Translations under genes and position numbers: made by a program
From: a virus
Virus record (IMG/VR): IMGVR_UViG_3300036768_001490
Coordinates: 96,001-160,000 of that record
Direction: 5' to 3' (one strand)
Length of the DNA: 64,000 nt
The notes under the pieces: model-generated
Database searches by the model: none
The model's input: the letters and a program-made list of their open reading frames with translations, nothing else
Told to the model about the DNA's origin: nothing
Shown here: in pieces, positions 30,623 to 40,561 of the stretch
How positions within the stretch are numbered: the stretch's first letter is position 1
Layout of the letters: every line of letters starts with the position of its first letter

Positions 30623-31246
30623 TCAGACCGTCTCGTCGCTGCCCTCGCAGTCGAAAAAGTACATCTGCACCAGCCGGCCATTATCGACACGGGTGCCAAA
30701 GTAGCGGTTGCCAGCATGGCACAGACGCGCGTTCCAGATGGCCAGACGGTTGTACACGTTGCCAATGACGTCCACCACCTCCCAGGCCGTAGGGTCCAGC
30801 AGCTTGTCCTCGTACATCTGCCGCTGGGCCAGCGCCAGCGGAATGCGGCGCAAGCGGGCGGACTCCTCCGGCGTGCGGCCGCCCGTCGCCCGGGAGCGGA
30901 CTAGCACCGTGCCAGCCTCCGGCGGCGCCTGCGGCGTCAGATAGATCACGGCGGCGTAACTCTGCGCGTCGCTGTGGTAGACAACCTGGTCGCCGCCCAG
31001 CGACACCTGGAAGCAGCCGTTGAAGCCGTGCTCCTCCCAGCGCGTGATCTTCCGACCCAGGTAATGCTCAAAGCGCTCCTTGACGCCCGGCCACAGGAAG
31101 CGCTGCTCGGAGCGCTGCACCTTGTACTGGGCATGGTTGCGGACGTAGCGCTGCCGCAGGGCCAGGGCTCGCACCGCGTCCGGGTCGGCCAGAAAATCGT
31201 CCACGATGACCAGGTTGGGGCGTGGCTGGTTCAGCTGCGGCGTCAT
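30623..31246 (-). CDS. 2OG-Fe(II) oxygenase-like protein (DUF6445-like)
   Basis: LVIVDDFLADPDAVR; YHSD (HxD); AVIYLTP; YNRL; HAG; RLVQMYFF. Confidence 0.75.
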   Translation of the reverse strand: MTPQLNQPRPNLVIVDDFLADPDAVRALALRQRYVRNHAQYKVQRSEQRFLWPGVKERFEHYLGRKITRWEEHGFNGCFQVSLGGDQVVYHSDAQSYAAVIYLTPQAPPEAGTVLVRSRATGGRTPEESARLRRIPLALAQRQMYEDKLLDPTAWEVVDVIGNVYNRLAIWNARLCHAGNRYFGTRVDNGRLVQMYFFDCEGSDETV

Positions 31247-32442
31247 GCAACCCCCAGATGACGTGCCGGCGAAGAGACAGACAGACCCCCCGAGAGCATG
31301 CCCGCCTTGCGGGCCAGCTCCTGCAAGCGGTCGTGCGGCGGGTCAAGCTCCGAGATCATGGTGTAACACTGCAAACCATCGTCGTCGCCCGGGTAGATGC
31401 CGCGGTGGATGACGGTGGGGCGGCCGTCCCCCTCCGGGTAGGCGGAGCCGACAATGCGGTCCAGCATGGTGAAGCCGGCGGCAAAAAAGTCCTTGCTGAA
31501 GGTGTGCAGCACCTCCCGGCTCCCCACGAACACGCAGGCCGCCTTCCTGCCCGTGCGCAGGTCCACCTGGGCCAGGACGCTCTCGGCCAGCTGCTCGCGG
31601 ATGGCCGTGGAGATGTCCGCCGGCCCCTGGACCCGGTCCAGGGGAATGTCCGCCGAGCCCATGACGACTACGCCGCCGTCCAGCAGCTGGGCCAGCTCGC
31701 TGCGGTCAAAGGTGATGTACGGGCTCTTGCAGGCCGCCAGCTGGTTGAACAGGTGAAGCAGCCGGCTGACCAAGAAGTTGCTTTTGGGCAGCAGCTCGCC
31801 CATCGCCGGCTGGTACAGGGAATGCACACGGTCATTGTCAATGACAACCAGAGGGCTGACCCGGTCGGCCAGCAGCTCGCGGAAGGCCGCGACCGCGTTG
31901 CGACAGACCGTCTGGCCCTCGTCCACGGACGGCAAGGACACCAGCGCGCCGACACGCGGCGTCTGACCCTTGCTCTCCATGTACTTCCGGGCCAGCCGAA
32001 CCAGTGGCAGCGCTGTCCCCGAGCCCGTGCCGCCGCCCAGGCCGACACAGATCAAGGCATAGTCCAGGTCGTTGCCCCAGGCGCGCTGGAAGAGTTCCCA
32101 GACCTCCTCGTCGCGGCCAGCGAGCGCCTGCCGCGCCCGCTGCATGTCCTTCATGGCGCCGCCGGTGCCAAGGGACAGCAGGGGCACCTTGGGGTCGATG
32201 CCGTCACTGTCCTGGTCGGTCGTGTTGAAGGTGCCAACGCGACGGTAGCCCAGCTCCCAGAAAGCGTGGGCCATGCGCCCACCCCCCTGGCCGGTGCCCA
32301 CGAAGGCCAGACGGAAGGCCGTGTCGTAGGGGAAGGAGTCGTGGATGACGACCTGGCGGGCCGCCGGCCGGTGCGCGGCCGGGCTCAGGCGGGACGCCAG
32401 GTTGCCGAGGCCGACAGGCGCGGCCGCCGGCCCACTCTTCAC
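31243..32442 (-). CDS. tubulin/FtsZ-family GTPase (PhuZ/TubZ-like)
   Basis: FVGTGQGGGR; signature GLGGGTGSG; IDND; FDRSEL; GTG start after GGAGGAGG. Confidence 0.88.
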   Translation of the reverse strand: MKSGPAAAPVGLGNLASRLSPAAHRPAARQVVIHDSFPYDTAFRLAFVGTGQGGGRMAHAFWELGYRRVGTFNTTDQDSDGIDPKVPLLSLGTGGAMKDMQRARQALAGRDEEVWELFQRAWGNDLDYALICVGLGGGTGSGTALPLVRLARKYMESKGQTPRVGALVSLPSVDEGQTVCRNAVAAFRELLADRVSPLVVIDNDRVHSLYQPAMGELLPKSNFLVSRLLHLFNQLAACKSPYITFDRSELAQLLDGGVVVMGSADIPLDRVQGPADISTAIREQLAESVLAQVDLRTGRKAACVFVGSREVLHTFSKDFFAAGFTMLDRIVGSAYPEGDGRPTVIHRGIYPGDDDGLQCYTMISELDPPHDRLQELARKAGMLSGGLSVSSPARHLGVA

Positions 32443-32585
32443 CCCTCCTCCTCCCTTTCCTCCCTCTTTCCTCCCCGCCGCGGCGGACGGAGACTGCCGT
32501 GGTGTCCTGTCAGCAGCCATGTAGCTTGCTCCTCCTTGACTCTCTAACTTGCAACTCGCCATGCCTCCCCGCTGCCGAACTCCCG

Positions 32586-33647
32586 TCATGCCGTCCAGAC
32601 GGCGGACCACAGCTCATTGAAGCGCCGCCGGTGCTCGTCCAGATGCCACGGCTGCTGCTGCAAGCGCAGCAACGTCCACTTGTCGGCCAGCACCTCCGCG
32701 CAGGACGACAGGGACTGGCCGAAGGAAGGCACTGCCACGGGCGCCTGGGACGGGCCGGTGCGGACCTCGCAGGGCACCAGCACTCCGTTGATCCCCGGGG
32801 CAATCAGCTCGCTGTACGGCTCCACGTCATAGGCGATGCACGCCGCGCCGCAGGCCAGAGCGCGTGTGACGTGGATGCCAAAGTCGCTGCGCACGCCGGC
32901 GACAAACACCCAATCGTGACGGTGCAGCTCGCGGACCTGCTCCACCAGGTTGGCGGCCAAGCGCACGTGGCGGAAGCGGTGGCCCCAGCGGCTGGCCAGG
33001 CGCTTGATCTGCCGCCGGTCCTGCCGCGCCCAGGACTTGAGAGACAGCAGCGTGATCTCGACCTTCTGGTGCAGCCCCAACAGGTCATCGGCCAGCTGAA
33101 GGAGCAGCGGGCCGCTGAAGTCAATGGCAGCCGCATCGCACAGGAAACAGACGCGCAGGACGGCGTCCGCCACCGTGCCGTCACGCTGCACGCTCGGCAG
33201 ACCAGACTCCCACTTGCACCAGGTCAACTTGCTGCTGTCCACGTCCCTCCGGCCAGCAAAGGCCAGCGTCCGCAAACGGTCGCAACAAACCTTGCTGGGG
33301 CAGACCACATGGTCGTACAGCGCCACTGACTCCACGTCCGCCGGCCGCAACGCATGCCAGCACGGCACCAGCACCTGCCGCGCCTTCTCCGCCACCAGCT
33401 GGGTCTGCCGCCGGACCTCCGGGTCGCAGACAAAGTGGGTGACAGCCATGCACCCCCGCACTGCCCGGTACAGGCCGTCGCCCTTGCCCGACAAGACCCG
33501 CTGGTCCCAAAAGGAGTGAATGCCGGCCTCGTGCCGTCCGACCGCCACGAGACGGACCGTGAGTCCCAGCGAGATCCCCAGGTCTGCCAACCGGATCGCT
33601 GCCGCGGTGGCCTCGCAACGGCCATAGGGCGCGACAATCCCGATCAT
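32586..33647 (-). CDS. GT-B fold (GT4-like) glycosyltransferase, divergent
   Basis: YDHVVCPS; SDFGIHVTRALACGAACIAYDVEPYSELIAPGINGVLVP. Confidence 0.72.
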   Translation of the reverse strand: MIGIVAPYGRCEATAAAIRLADLGISLGLTVRLVAVGRHEAGIHSFWDQRVLSGKGDGLYRAVRGCMAVTHFVCDPEVRRQTQLVAEKARQVLVPCWHALRPADVESVALYDHVVCPSKVCCDRLRTLAFAGRRDVDSSKLTWCKWESGLPSVQRDGTVADAVLRVCFLCDAAAIDFSGPLLLQLADDLLGLHQKVEITLLSLKSWARQDRRQIKRLASRWGHRFRHVRLAANLVEQVRELHRHDWVFVAGVRSDFGIHVTRALACGAACIAYDVEPYSELIAPGINGVLVPCEVRTGPSQAPVAVPSFGQSLSSCAEVLADKWTLLRLQQQPWHLDEHRRRFNELWSAVWTA

Positions 33648-34408
33648 GCCCGCCACTTCTTCCGTAACCACTGTCCACGACGGTACTTGTCCCCCCGCGT
33701 CACCGACCGGTAATGGAACACGAAGCTGCCAGGGCAGAAGCCGGCCCGCAGACCAGCGGCCCGCCAGCGCTGCTGCAACTCGTACTCCTGCAAGGTCATG
33801 AGTGGGGTCGGGTTCCTCTGCCCCCGCGCATTGGTGTCGTTGCGCGGCCGAAACGGCTGGCCGTCCGCGTAGCAGTGGTCCCACCAGGTCCGCGTCCTGG
33901 CCAGCAGACAGAAGCCGTTCAGGCGCCCCGCCACGCACAACAGGCCGTGCCGGGCGCGCAGGCGGGCAGCCGTCTCGGCAATGTCCTCTTCCCGGTCGGA
34001 CGGGACGTAACCATCCAGCCAGCGGCGGACCTCCTGCGCCGCCTCGCTGCCCGGGGCGTTGCTGACCGGACCGGCCAGGTCCAGGTTTCCAGCAGACAGG
34101 TGGTGCAGCAGTGGCTCGCACCAGCCCGGAGAAAACAGCACGTCGCTGTTGGTCACGCAGGTAAAGGTGCAGTCCGCCTCCCGGGCCAGACGCAATCCCG
34201 CGTTCCAGGCGGCCGTCAGGCCCGAATTACGGGACAGACGGAGGAAGACCGTGGACGGCAGGTTCGCCGGCCGCGGCTCCTCGCTGGCATCGTCCACCAC
34301 CACGACCTCCGCCGGCACCGGCCGCGTGTGCCGGAGGGCAGACTGGATAGCATCCTGGGCGTAGTCCCAATGGTTGTAGACCGGGATGACAATGCCCAGC
34401 TTGTCCAC
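33644..34408 (-). CDS. GT2 glycosyltransferase
   Basis: IVIPVYNH; VVVDDAS; NSGLTAAWNAG; TNSDV; VFHYRS. Confidence 0.85.
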   Translation of the reverse strand: MDKLGIVIPVYNHWDYAQDAIQSALRHTRPVPAEVVVVDDASEEPRPANLPSTVFLRLSRNSGLTAAWNAGLRLAREADCTFTCVTNSDVLFSPGWCEPLLHHLSAGNLDLAGPVSNAPGSEAAQEVRRWLDGYVPSDREEDIAETAARLRARHGLLCVAGRLNGFCLLARTRTWWDHCYADGQPFRPRNDTNARGQRNPTPLMTLQEYELQQRWRAAGLRAGFCPGSFVFHYRSVTRGDKYRRGQWLRKKWRA

Positions 34409-34428
34409 ACCCACGCGCCTCCTTGGTC

Positions 34429-37296
34429 CTATACCGGGACAGGAGCGCCGGCCTGCGCCTGGGCCAGGGCCGCGTTCCCTGCCGCGCGCCGCGTCTCGTT
34501 GCGCTTCTGCGCCATGCGATCCTTGACCATCCCGTGCAAGGCCAGGTTGTACTGCTTGAGCTTGCGCAGCTCGCTGTCCTTGACCGACTCGGGCAAGGAC
34601 AATAACTCGGTCGCCAGGCTGTCGGCCACGGACAGCATGTCCTCGGGCGACTGGGGCACGTTGGGCGGCACCGAGGCCAGGTAGGCCGTCACGGGGCCCT
34701 GGCCCGTCATGGCGCCCACCATACCGCCGCCCTGAGTCGCTCCGCCCGCGTCGGGAGCCGACGCGTCCGCAGGCGCGGCACCCAGCTGACCCTTGGCCAC
34801 CTGCTGGGCGAAGCCGGCCTGCTGCATCTCCTCCTGGATGCGGGACTGCATCTCGGCCTGGAAGCGGGCCTCCTCCGCGATCCGCCTCTGCTCCTTGTGC
34901 CAGTCGTAGCCCAGGTCGCGCAGCACCGTCGTGCCCGAGATCTGCTGCGACATCATGAGCTGCGCCGCCATCATCTGCTTTTCCAGGTTGTCCGCGATGG
35001 TGACACGCTTGAGCTTGGCCACAATGATCTCCCACGACATGATCTGGGAGACCTGCCGCACCAGCCATTCCAGAAAGGCGTTGGCATCATGGACCAAGTG
35101 GTGCCAGGTCGATTCGAACAGCCGCAGCGCCACCGGCGCCGTCTGGAGCTGGAGCGAACCGTTGTACAGCTCGACCGGCGTGCCGGCGTCGTTCAATAGC
35201 ACCTCGTGCCCCTGGTCCAGCAGGTCGCGCGGGGCCAGTTGATTGGCGTCGGCACCGAACACCTGAAAGTTCACCGGGAAAGGAAAGACCTGGATGGCAG
35301 CCGGGTCGCGCCGGCGGCGGCGGATCATCTGCTGCGCCATCATGCGGAAGTCATGCCCCGAGTACATCGACATGGGGTCCAGGGCCACGCCGCCCCGACT
35401 CTGACCCTGGGCCGGCGCCGGCGTGATGACGCGGAAGGGAATGACGTAGTCCAGGGCAATGGCCTCGTTGAAGCGACGCAGCACCTGCACATACCAGATC
35501 TGACGGAAGTTGGACAGGATGCGCGGCAGGCCCCAGCCCCGCACCATGATGCCGCTCAGCGTCGGCTCCTTCATGTGAAAGATGGCGTCCGGGTTGAAGC
35601 GGTACATCTGGTTGAGGTGGACGGCCCGGATCACCTCCTTGGGAGCACGCTCCAGGTGGAACAGGTGCCCCCGGCGGACCTGCATCTTGTAATCCTCGGG
35701 GATGCGCCACAGGTAAGAAACGTCGTCCGTGTACAGGTCGTGCAGGATCTCGATCTCGTGCGGACTCCAGACCTTGATGCGCAGCTTCTTCTCCAGGTCT
35801 TCCTGCTCGTCATGGACGATCCAGGCCCCCGTGTAGCCGGAACCCACCTTGCAGATGGGGCAGGTGGCATGGAACTCGGGGATCTGCCAGCGGAAGGAGA
35901 AGGCCGGGTTGTTATAGACCTCCTTGAGGACAAACGAGCTGCCGCACTTGGGGCAACGCAGGAAGCGCCGGAACGGCACCACGACGGAAGCAAAGGAGTT
36001 GCCGTAACAGTTGGACGTCAGCACGCCGTTGGCCAGGACGAAGCTGTGCGTCTCCGGCTCCACGCAACAAAAGACCTCGTCGAAGATGCCAGTACGCCGG
36101 ACGGCCCGGACGCCCACAGACATCTCGTCCGGCCGCACGGACAGGTAGCTGGTCAGGAACCTCTTCCGGTGCCTGCGCCGCAGAAAGTCCTGCGCCAGCA
36201 GGAAGGAGCGCAGGAGCGTGACGTGGTACATCCGGCCGTGGTAAGTGCCAATGCTCCCGTCCGGCCGTACGCACGGACCCACCTGGTCATGGCCATGCAC
36301 GTGCCCCGCCACCATGCCGATCCGCGGCAGCTGCTCCGCGATGGCCTCCAGCGTGGAACGCGACCGCCGCGCCAGGACCACGTGGCCGTGCTCGTCCACG
36401 GAGCCCTCCGCGGCTAGCAGGCCAGCAACGAAGCCGTACCAGTAGGAGGCGCCGCACCGCGCCGGCGGCAGCGCCTGGTAACGGGCCGGCAGGCCAGCGA
36501 CCATGACCATGCCCGGGTTGCCGGGCGACTGCTGCACCACATAGCCCGCCGAGGTGAAGCGCGCCAACAGCTCGTCGTCCAGGTCCACACCGAAGCGGGC
36601 CGTGCATTGCTCGCCGTCCAGTAGCAGCAAGTAGCTGGCGCCGAAGGCCAGCCCGTGCAGCACGCCAGCGTCGAAGTCAGCGTCCTGGGGCGGCCGCGGG
36701 GCCACTGTCCGCTGGATACGGTGGTTGCTGCTCAGCTCCGTGGTCGGCACACGGAACTCCTCTCCCACGCAGGTGTGGACGATCCACTGGTGTTCCGGCG
36801 TGGCCAGCACCACACTGCCGTCGCTAAGCTCCACCTCCAGCAGCTCCTGCTGTCCAAAGGAGTGGAAGGAGGCCGTCCGGTAGACTCCTCCCCGGGACAG
36901 CACTTCCACCGTCTGGCCCGCCAGGTCGCGCAGGCGGAAGACTCCGTCGCGCGTGACAACCTTGACGTCGCCGTGGAAGCACATGCGGTTGCGCAGCTTG
37001 TTCTGCAAGACCGTGGTGACGTTCAGGACATCGTTGAGGAACGAGGACCACTTCTCCGTCTCCTCCTCGCTGGCGTCCGAGATGTCAATGTCGGTGAGGA
37101 AGTAGGAGATGATGCGCTCCATCGCCATGCGGTACGTGCCGAACATGGAAAAGACGTACTCGCACCAGCGCAGGGCCGAGCGCATGTTGGTCGGCACGCT
37201 CAGGCTGGCAATGTCCAGAAACGGGTCCGGGTACTGCGTGCCGCCGCCTACCCCCGAGAACTGCGAAAACTGGCTGTACAGCGCCAGCTGGCTCAT
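34429..37296 (-). CDS. phage portal protein (large-phage type) containing an intein
   Basis: After intein removal: ...RNRM|CYGNSFASV; FHMKEP; WGLPRIL; RRFNEAIALDYVIPFRVI. Assignment by recall, not searched. Confidence 0.7.
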   Translation of the reverse strand: MSQLALYSQFSQFSGVGGGTQYPDPFLDIASLSVPTNMRSALRWCEYVFSMFGTYRMAMERIISYFLTDIDISDASEEETEKWSSFLNDVLNVTTVLQNKLRNRMCFHGDVKVVTRDGVFRLRDLAGQTVEVLSRGGVYRTASFHSFGQQELLEVELSDGSVVLATPEHQWIVHTCVGEEFRVPTTELSSNHRIQRTVAPRPPQDADFDAGVLHGLAFGASYLLLLDGEQCTARFGVDLDDELLARFTSAGYVVQQSPGNPGMVMVAGLPARYQALPPARCGASYWYGFVAGLLAAEGSVDEHGHVVLARRSRSTLEAIAEQLPRIGMVAGHVHGHDQVGPCVRPDGSIGTYHGRMYHVTLLRSFLLAQDFLRRRHRKRFLTSYLSVRPDEMSVGVRAVRRTGIFDEVFCCVEPETHSFVLANGVLTSNCYGNSFASVVVPFRRFLRCPKCGSSFVLKEVYNNPAFSFRWQIPEFHATCPICKVGSGYTGAWIVHDEQEDLEKKLRIKVWSPHEIEILHDLYTDDVSYLWRIPEDYKMQVRRGHLFHLERAPKEVIRAVHLNQMYRFNPDAIFHMKEPTLSGIMVRGWGLPRILSNFRQIWYVQVLRRFNEAIALDYVIPFRVITPAPAQGQSRGGVALDPMSMYSGHDFRMMAQQMIRRRRRDPAAIQVFPFPVNFQVFGADANQLAPRDLLDQGHEVLLNDAGTPVELYNGSLQLQTAPVALRLFESTWHHLVHDANAFLEWLVRQVSQIMSWEIIVAKLKRVTIADNLEKQMMAAQLMMSQQISGTTVLRDLGYDWHKEQRRIAEEARFQAEMQSRIQEEMQQAGFAQQVAKGQLGAAPADASAPDAGGATQGGGMVGAMTGQGPVTAYLASVPPNVPQSPEDMLSVADSLATELLSLPESVKDSELRKLKQYNLALHGMVKDRMAQKRNETRRAAGNAALAQAQAGAPVPV
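36010..36981 (-). mobile_element. intein (324 aa) with LAGLIDADG-type endonuclease region, in the portal gene
   Basis: Starts CFHGDVKVVTRDG; FVAGLLAAEG block; ends CCVEPETHSFVLANGVLTSN followed by Cys +1. Confidence 0.92.
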
Positions 37297-37523
37297 GCTG
37301 GACCTCCACTACCGCGGCCGGGACGCTGGCACCCGCGCCCCCGGACCACGTCCGCCATGCGGCTCACGATGTCATCGCCGCAAGCTGGCCCGCCATCTCC
37401 CCGGAGAGAACCCTTCTTTTGCTGCTGGGAACACCCCACGTCGCCGCCAGCGACGTCCGCCGGGTCCGTGTCCGGCTCCGGGACCAGGTCCAGGTCTTCC
37501 TGGGTCACGCCGCGCTTTTCCAT
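37293..37523 (-). CDS. small hypothetical protein
   Basis: AGGAGG SD; stop overlaps the portal ATG. Confidence 0.55.
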   Translation of the reverse strand: MEKRGVTQEDLDLVPEPDTDPADVAGGDVGCSQQQKKGSLRGDGGPACGDDIVSRMADVVRGRGCQRPGRGSGGPA

Positions 37524-37581
37524 GCCTTTCCTCCTGTCTCTCCCCCGGCGGCAGCCGCCGGCCGTCTACCTGCCAGACGGC

Positions 37582-38904
37582 TCACCGCTCGTCGTAGTCC
37601 AGGTGTTCCGTGTCTCCCTTGACCAGGACAATATGGTCGAAGACGCCAAAGGAATAATGCAGTCCCATGCTGCCCACCGTGAACGACTTCTTGAGATGAG
37701 GGACGTGCAGCTTCAGCTGGGTCTCGCCCAGGTTCGGCGGCAGGTACTGCGTGCCGTCCTCGAAGCGGGTGTCGTAGACCAGCACGACGCAGCCGTCACT
37801 GTCAATGACGTCGTGGTAGCGCGCGCTGTGCTTGCCGGCACCTGGGATCTCGAAAAAGACCTGCCGCTTGGCCCGGTTGCCCACCGGGCCCGTGACCCAG
37901 GGCAGGTTGAGCGTCTCGAAGCCGCCAGTCGGGACTTCTTCCCCTTCCTCGACCCCCGCCGACCGAACGCCCCGCCTGGACCCGCGCCGCCCGGACGGCA
38001 AGGTATCCTCCTCGCCAGCCCGCCCATCTTCCAGGACTTCCTCGGCCTCCTGCATGGGACGGCTGCGCCGGAGACGCGGGTGAACAGGGCTGGACGTACC
38101 GTCATCACTCATGTCGCCGTGGCCAGGTGCCGGACGCTGCCCAACCCCGGCGGCTGGCACGGAAGGCAAGGGGTTCTCCGGAGAACGTTGCGCCACCAGG
38201 GCGGCAAGCTGCTGCTGCACGCTGACCACCGCCTGCATCATGGCCATGACGTTCGGGTCCGCGGCCGCGGGCGGGACCGGCGCCAGCGGGTGATGATAGA
38301 CGGCCGGCGCCAGGTAGGTGGAAGGCAGAACGGCAGGTTCCCGGGGAGGCGGTGGAACCGGCGCCGGCGCCAGATAGGGGGCCGGGCCGGCGACCGGGGT
38401 GGCGGCCGGGATGGCCGGTGCAGCAGGGGAAGGGGAGGGAGCCGGAGCGGCCGGAGAGGAAACGGCGGCCGACGCCGGCGCGCGCTCCCGACCAGAGGAA
38501 GACGAAGGGACGTCCGGCGTGGTAGAAAGGGAGCCCCGCCGTCGCTTCAGCGATGACGACGGCGTGCCCAAAGCGTAAAAAACATGGTGCGGCTGCTGCG
38601 CCTGAGCAACCGCCTGCCGCAACTTCTGCGGATCGACCGAGCAGGGGTCAAACACCACGCCGCCGTCCGGAGCGTCTGGATCAACGTGGACCGGTCCCGG
38701 ATCGTTGTGGTCGAAACCGCTGCTCCTACCGTCCGGTAGCGCCGCGGGTATGGTGACAAAATTCTTGACGGGGCCATTGTCGATCTTGCTCAGCTGGTGC
38801 GAGTCCGGAGCAAGATAACTGGTCCTGTCTGGCGTGTGGCGGACAGCCGACTCGTTCCTGCCATCCGTGCCATCCCACCAGGGAGTCGATCCATTCTCAG
38901 CCAT
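37582..38904 (-). CDS. Pro/Ala-rich hypothetical protein with a globular C-terminal domain
   Basis: Start moved to MAENG after a purine-rich SD. Confidence 0.65.
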   Translation of the reverse strand: MAENGSTPWWDGTDGRNESAVRHTPDRTSYLAPDSHQLSKIDNGPVKNFVTIPAALPDGRSSGFDHNDPGPVHVDPDAPDGGVVFDPCSVDPQKLRQAVAQAQQPHHVFYALGTPSSSLKRRRGSLSTTPDVPSSSSGRERAPASAAVSSPAAPAPSPSPAAPAIPAATPVAGPAPYLAPAPVPPPPREPAVLPSTYLAPAVYHHPLAPVPPAAADPNVMAMMQAVVSVQQQLAALVAQRSPENPLPSVPAAGVGQRPAPGHGDMSDDGTSSPVHPRLRRSRPMQEAEEVLEDGRAGEEDTLPSGRRGSRRGVRSAGVEEGEEVPTGGFETLNLPWVTGPVGNRAKRQVFFEIPGAGKHSARYHDVIDSDGCVVLVYDTRFEDGTQYLPPNLGETQLKLHVPHLKKSFTVGSMGLHYSFGVFDHIVLVKGDTEHLDYDER

Positions 38905-39094
38905 AAGGTTTGCTTCTCCTCTTCCTCCTTCCGCCCGCCATGCCCGTCCCCCCAGCCGCCCGCTCATCCTAGCCTGATAGCTAAAGAAAAGCTAGTCTTC
39001 CCTGCCACTTCGGAGCAAACCACAAGCGGGGGAAGACACACCGGCCAGGTCGGTAAGATACCGACCAGGCCGGTGACAGACACGTCATTTACCG

Positions 39095-40561
39095 TTACCG
39101 TAGCTGGCAGGAAACCGGACGCCCTGAAGGACGCCGACCCGCCCGCTCCGGCAAGGAAACCCTCGGATCAGCCGGGGTAAAGTCGGCCTCGACCCCCGGC
39201 AGGGCAATGCGCCAGTTGTACCACTGGCGCTTATTGTCCGTGCCGAGTCCCAGTCGAAGAGTCGGAAAGATCCAAGCCTCCAACTCCTCCCGGTAGTACG
39301 GCATGCTTGGCTCCACGTCCCACATCATGTCGTCTACCAGCGTGGCCGAGCTGGAAGCTGCCGCGGCGACCATCACCGACGGCAGGTAGACTACCCCTGG
39401 GCGCACACGGACCACCTCACGCATGAAGAACATGCGGAGGTAATCGTGCATCCTCCCACCCAGGGAGCGGGTGAGACGGTCCCAGCAGACACTGAGGGGC
39501 TTTCGCTCCCACCCGGGCACGTCCGTGACGCCTCTCACCACCTCCGTGGCGAGCACCTCGCCTTCCTTGACCAGCGCGCCGTTGGACACCCGGACGTCCG
39601 CTCCGGGGCCGAACGCCACCACGGTAGGGGGCAGGTCCCCTCCGACCCTCGTCACCATGACCTGGTAGCGCGACGCTTCCCGCCGCACGAATGCAACCCC
39701 CCTGTGGGGAGACTTGTACGGCGAGAATCCGCGCCCCAGGAAATGGTCGCGGAAATCTTCCGTCACCACGCTACCCTCCAGCGCGCGGTCAGACAGAAGA
39801 CCATCCAGCTCGCTCTCGTGTATGCCAAGGTAGCACCTTGGCATCCATACCTCCGGACCTTCCATCCGGTCCGTCAGACCAGGTCCGAAGGCGAACAGCT
39901 TCCCCCAGCTGCTCACCCCGAAACGGGCGGCGAGCTTGTCCCGCCCAGAGGTGACGTCACTCCAGGGAGAGCGGAAGGCAAAGGCCGTGGTGGTCATGGC
40001 CCAGTTCAGCCCATTCAGAATTCGGAATATTCTGGGCTGGCCACCGGCTGCCGGAAGGACATCGGGGCCTGCCGGAAACGTGATTTCACTGCCTCCCCGC
40101 GAAACCACTACCCGGTCGTGAGGCATCACGCGGAAGTCGCACGACCGGCATCCGTCCGCATGGCACAGGTGTGGCATGCCGAACTTCACCTGGGCCCTTG
40201 CCTGGTACGTGGCCAGGTGGACCTCTCTGGTCTTCTCCTTACCAGAGTGGTCCTTCCCGAGACGGAAGTGACCGGATGGAATGTCCACCATCCAGGCCCA
40301 GCGGACTTCCCTGTCCGGGACCAGGATGCGGTCCCCCAGGCTCACAATGCCGTCTCCCGCGTACCCGTCCGCGAGGTACGCGGCCAGGCCCACGCACCCA
40401 CGGAATACCTCCCTCGCAGGGACGGTCAGCAGCACTTCCCGGTGCTTCTGCCAGTCGCTCACCTCCCCGGCGACTGAGGCGTCCGCCAGGAGACGGACGG
40501 AGCCGTCACCCACCTCTACCTCTAAGTTACGGTGAGCAGCCGCCTTGGTGACTGACATCAT
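39095..40561 (-). CDS. hypothetical protein; possibly a highly diverged RNA polymerase beta'-like fragment
   Basis: LCHADGCRSC Cys cluster; VRVSNGALVKEGEVLA resembles a sandwich-barrel hybrid motif (weak). Confidence 0.45.
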   Translation of the reverse strand: MMSVTKAAAHRNLEVEVGDGSVRLLADASVAGEVSDWQKHREVLLTVPAREVFRGCVGLAAYLADGYAGDGIVSLGDRILVPDREVRWAWMVDIPSGHFRLGKDHSGKEKTREVHLATYQARAQVKFGMPHLCHADGCRSCDFRVMPHDRVVVSRGGSEITFPAGPDVLPAAGGQPRIFRILNGLNWAMTTTAFAFRSPWSDVTSGRDKLAARFGVSSWGKLFAFGPGLTDRMEGPEVWMPRCYLGIHESELDGLLSDRALEGSVVTEDFRDHFLGRGFSPYKSPHRGVAFVRREASRYQVMVTRVGGDLPPTVVAFGPGADVRVSNGALVKEGEVLATEVVRGVTDVPGWERKPLSVCWDRLTRSLGGRMHDYLRMFFMREVVRVRPGVVYLPSVMVAAAASSSATLVDDMMWDVEPSMPYYREELEAWIFPTLRLGLGTDNKRQWYNWRIALPGVEADFTPADPRVSLPERAGRRPSGRPVSCQLR

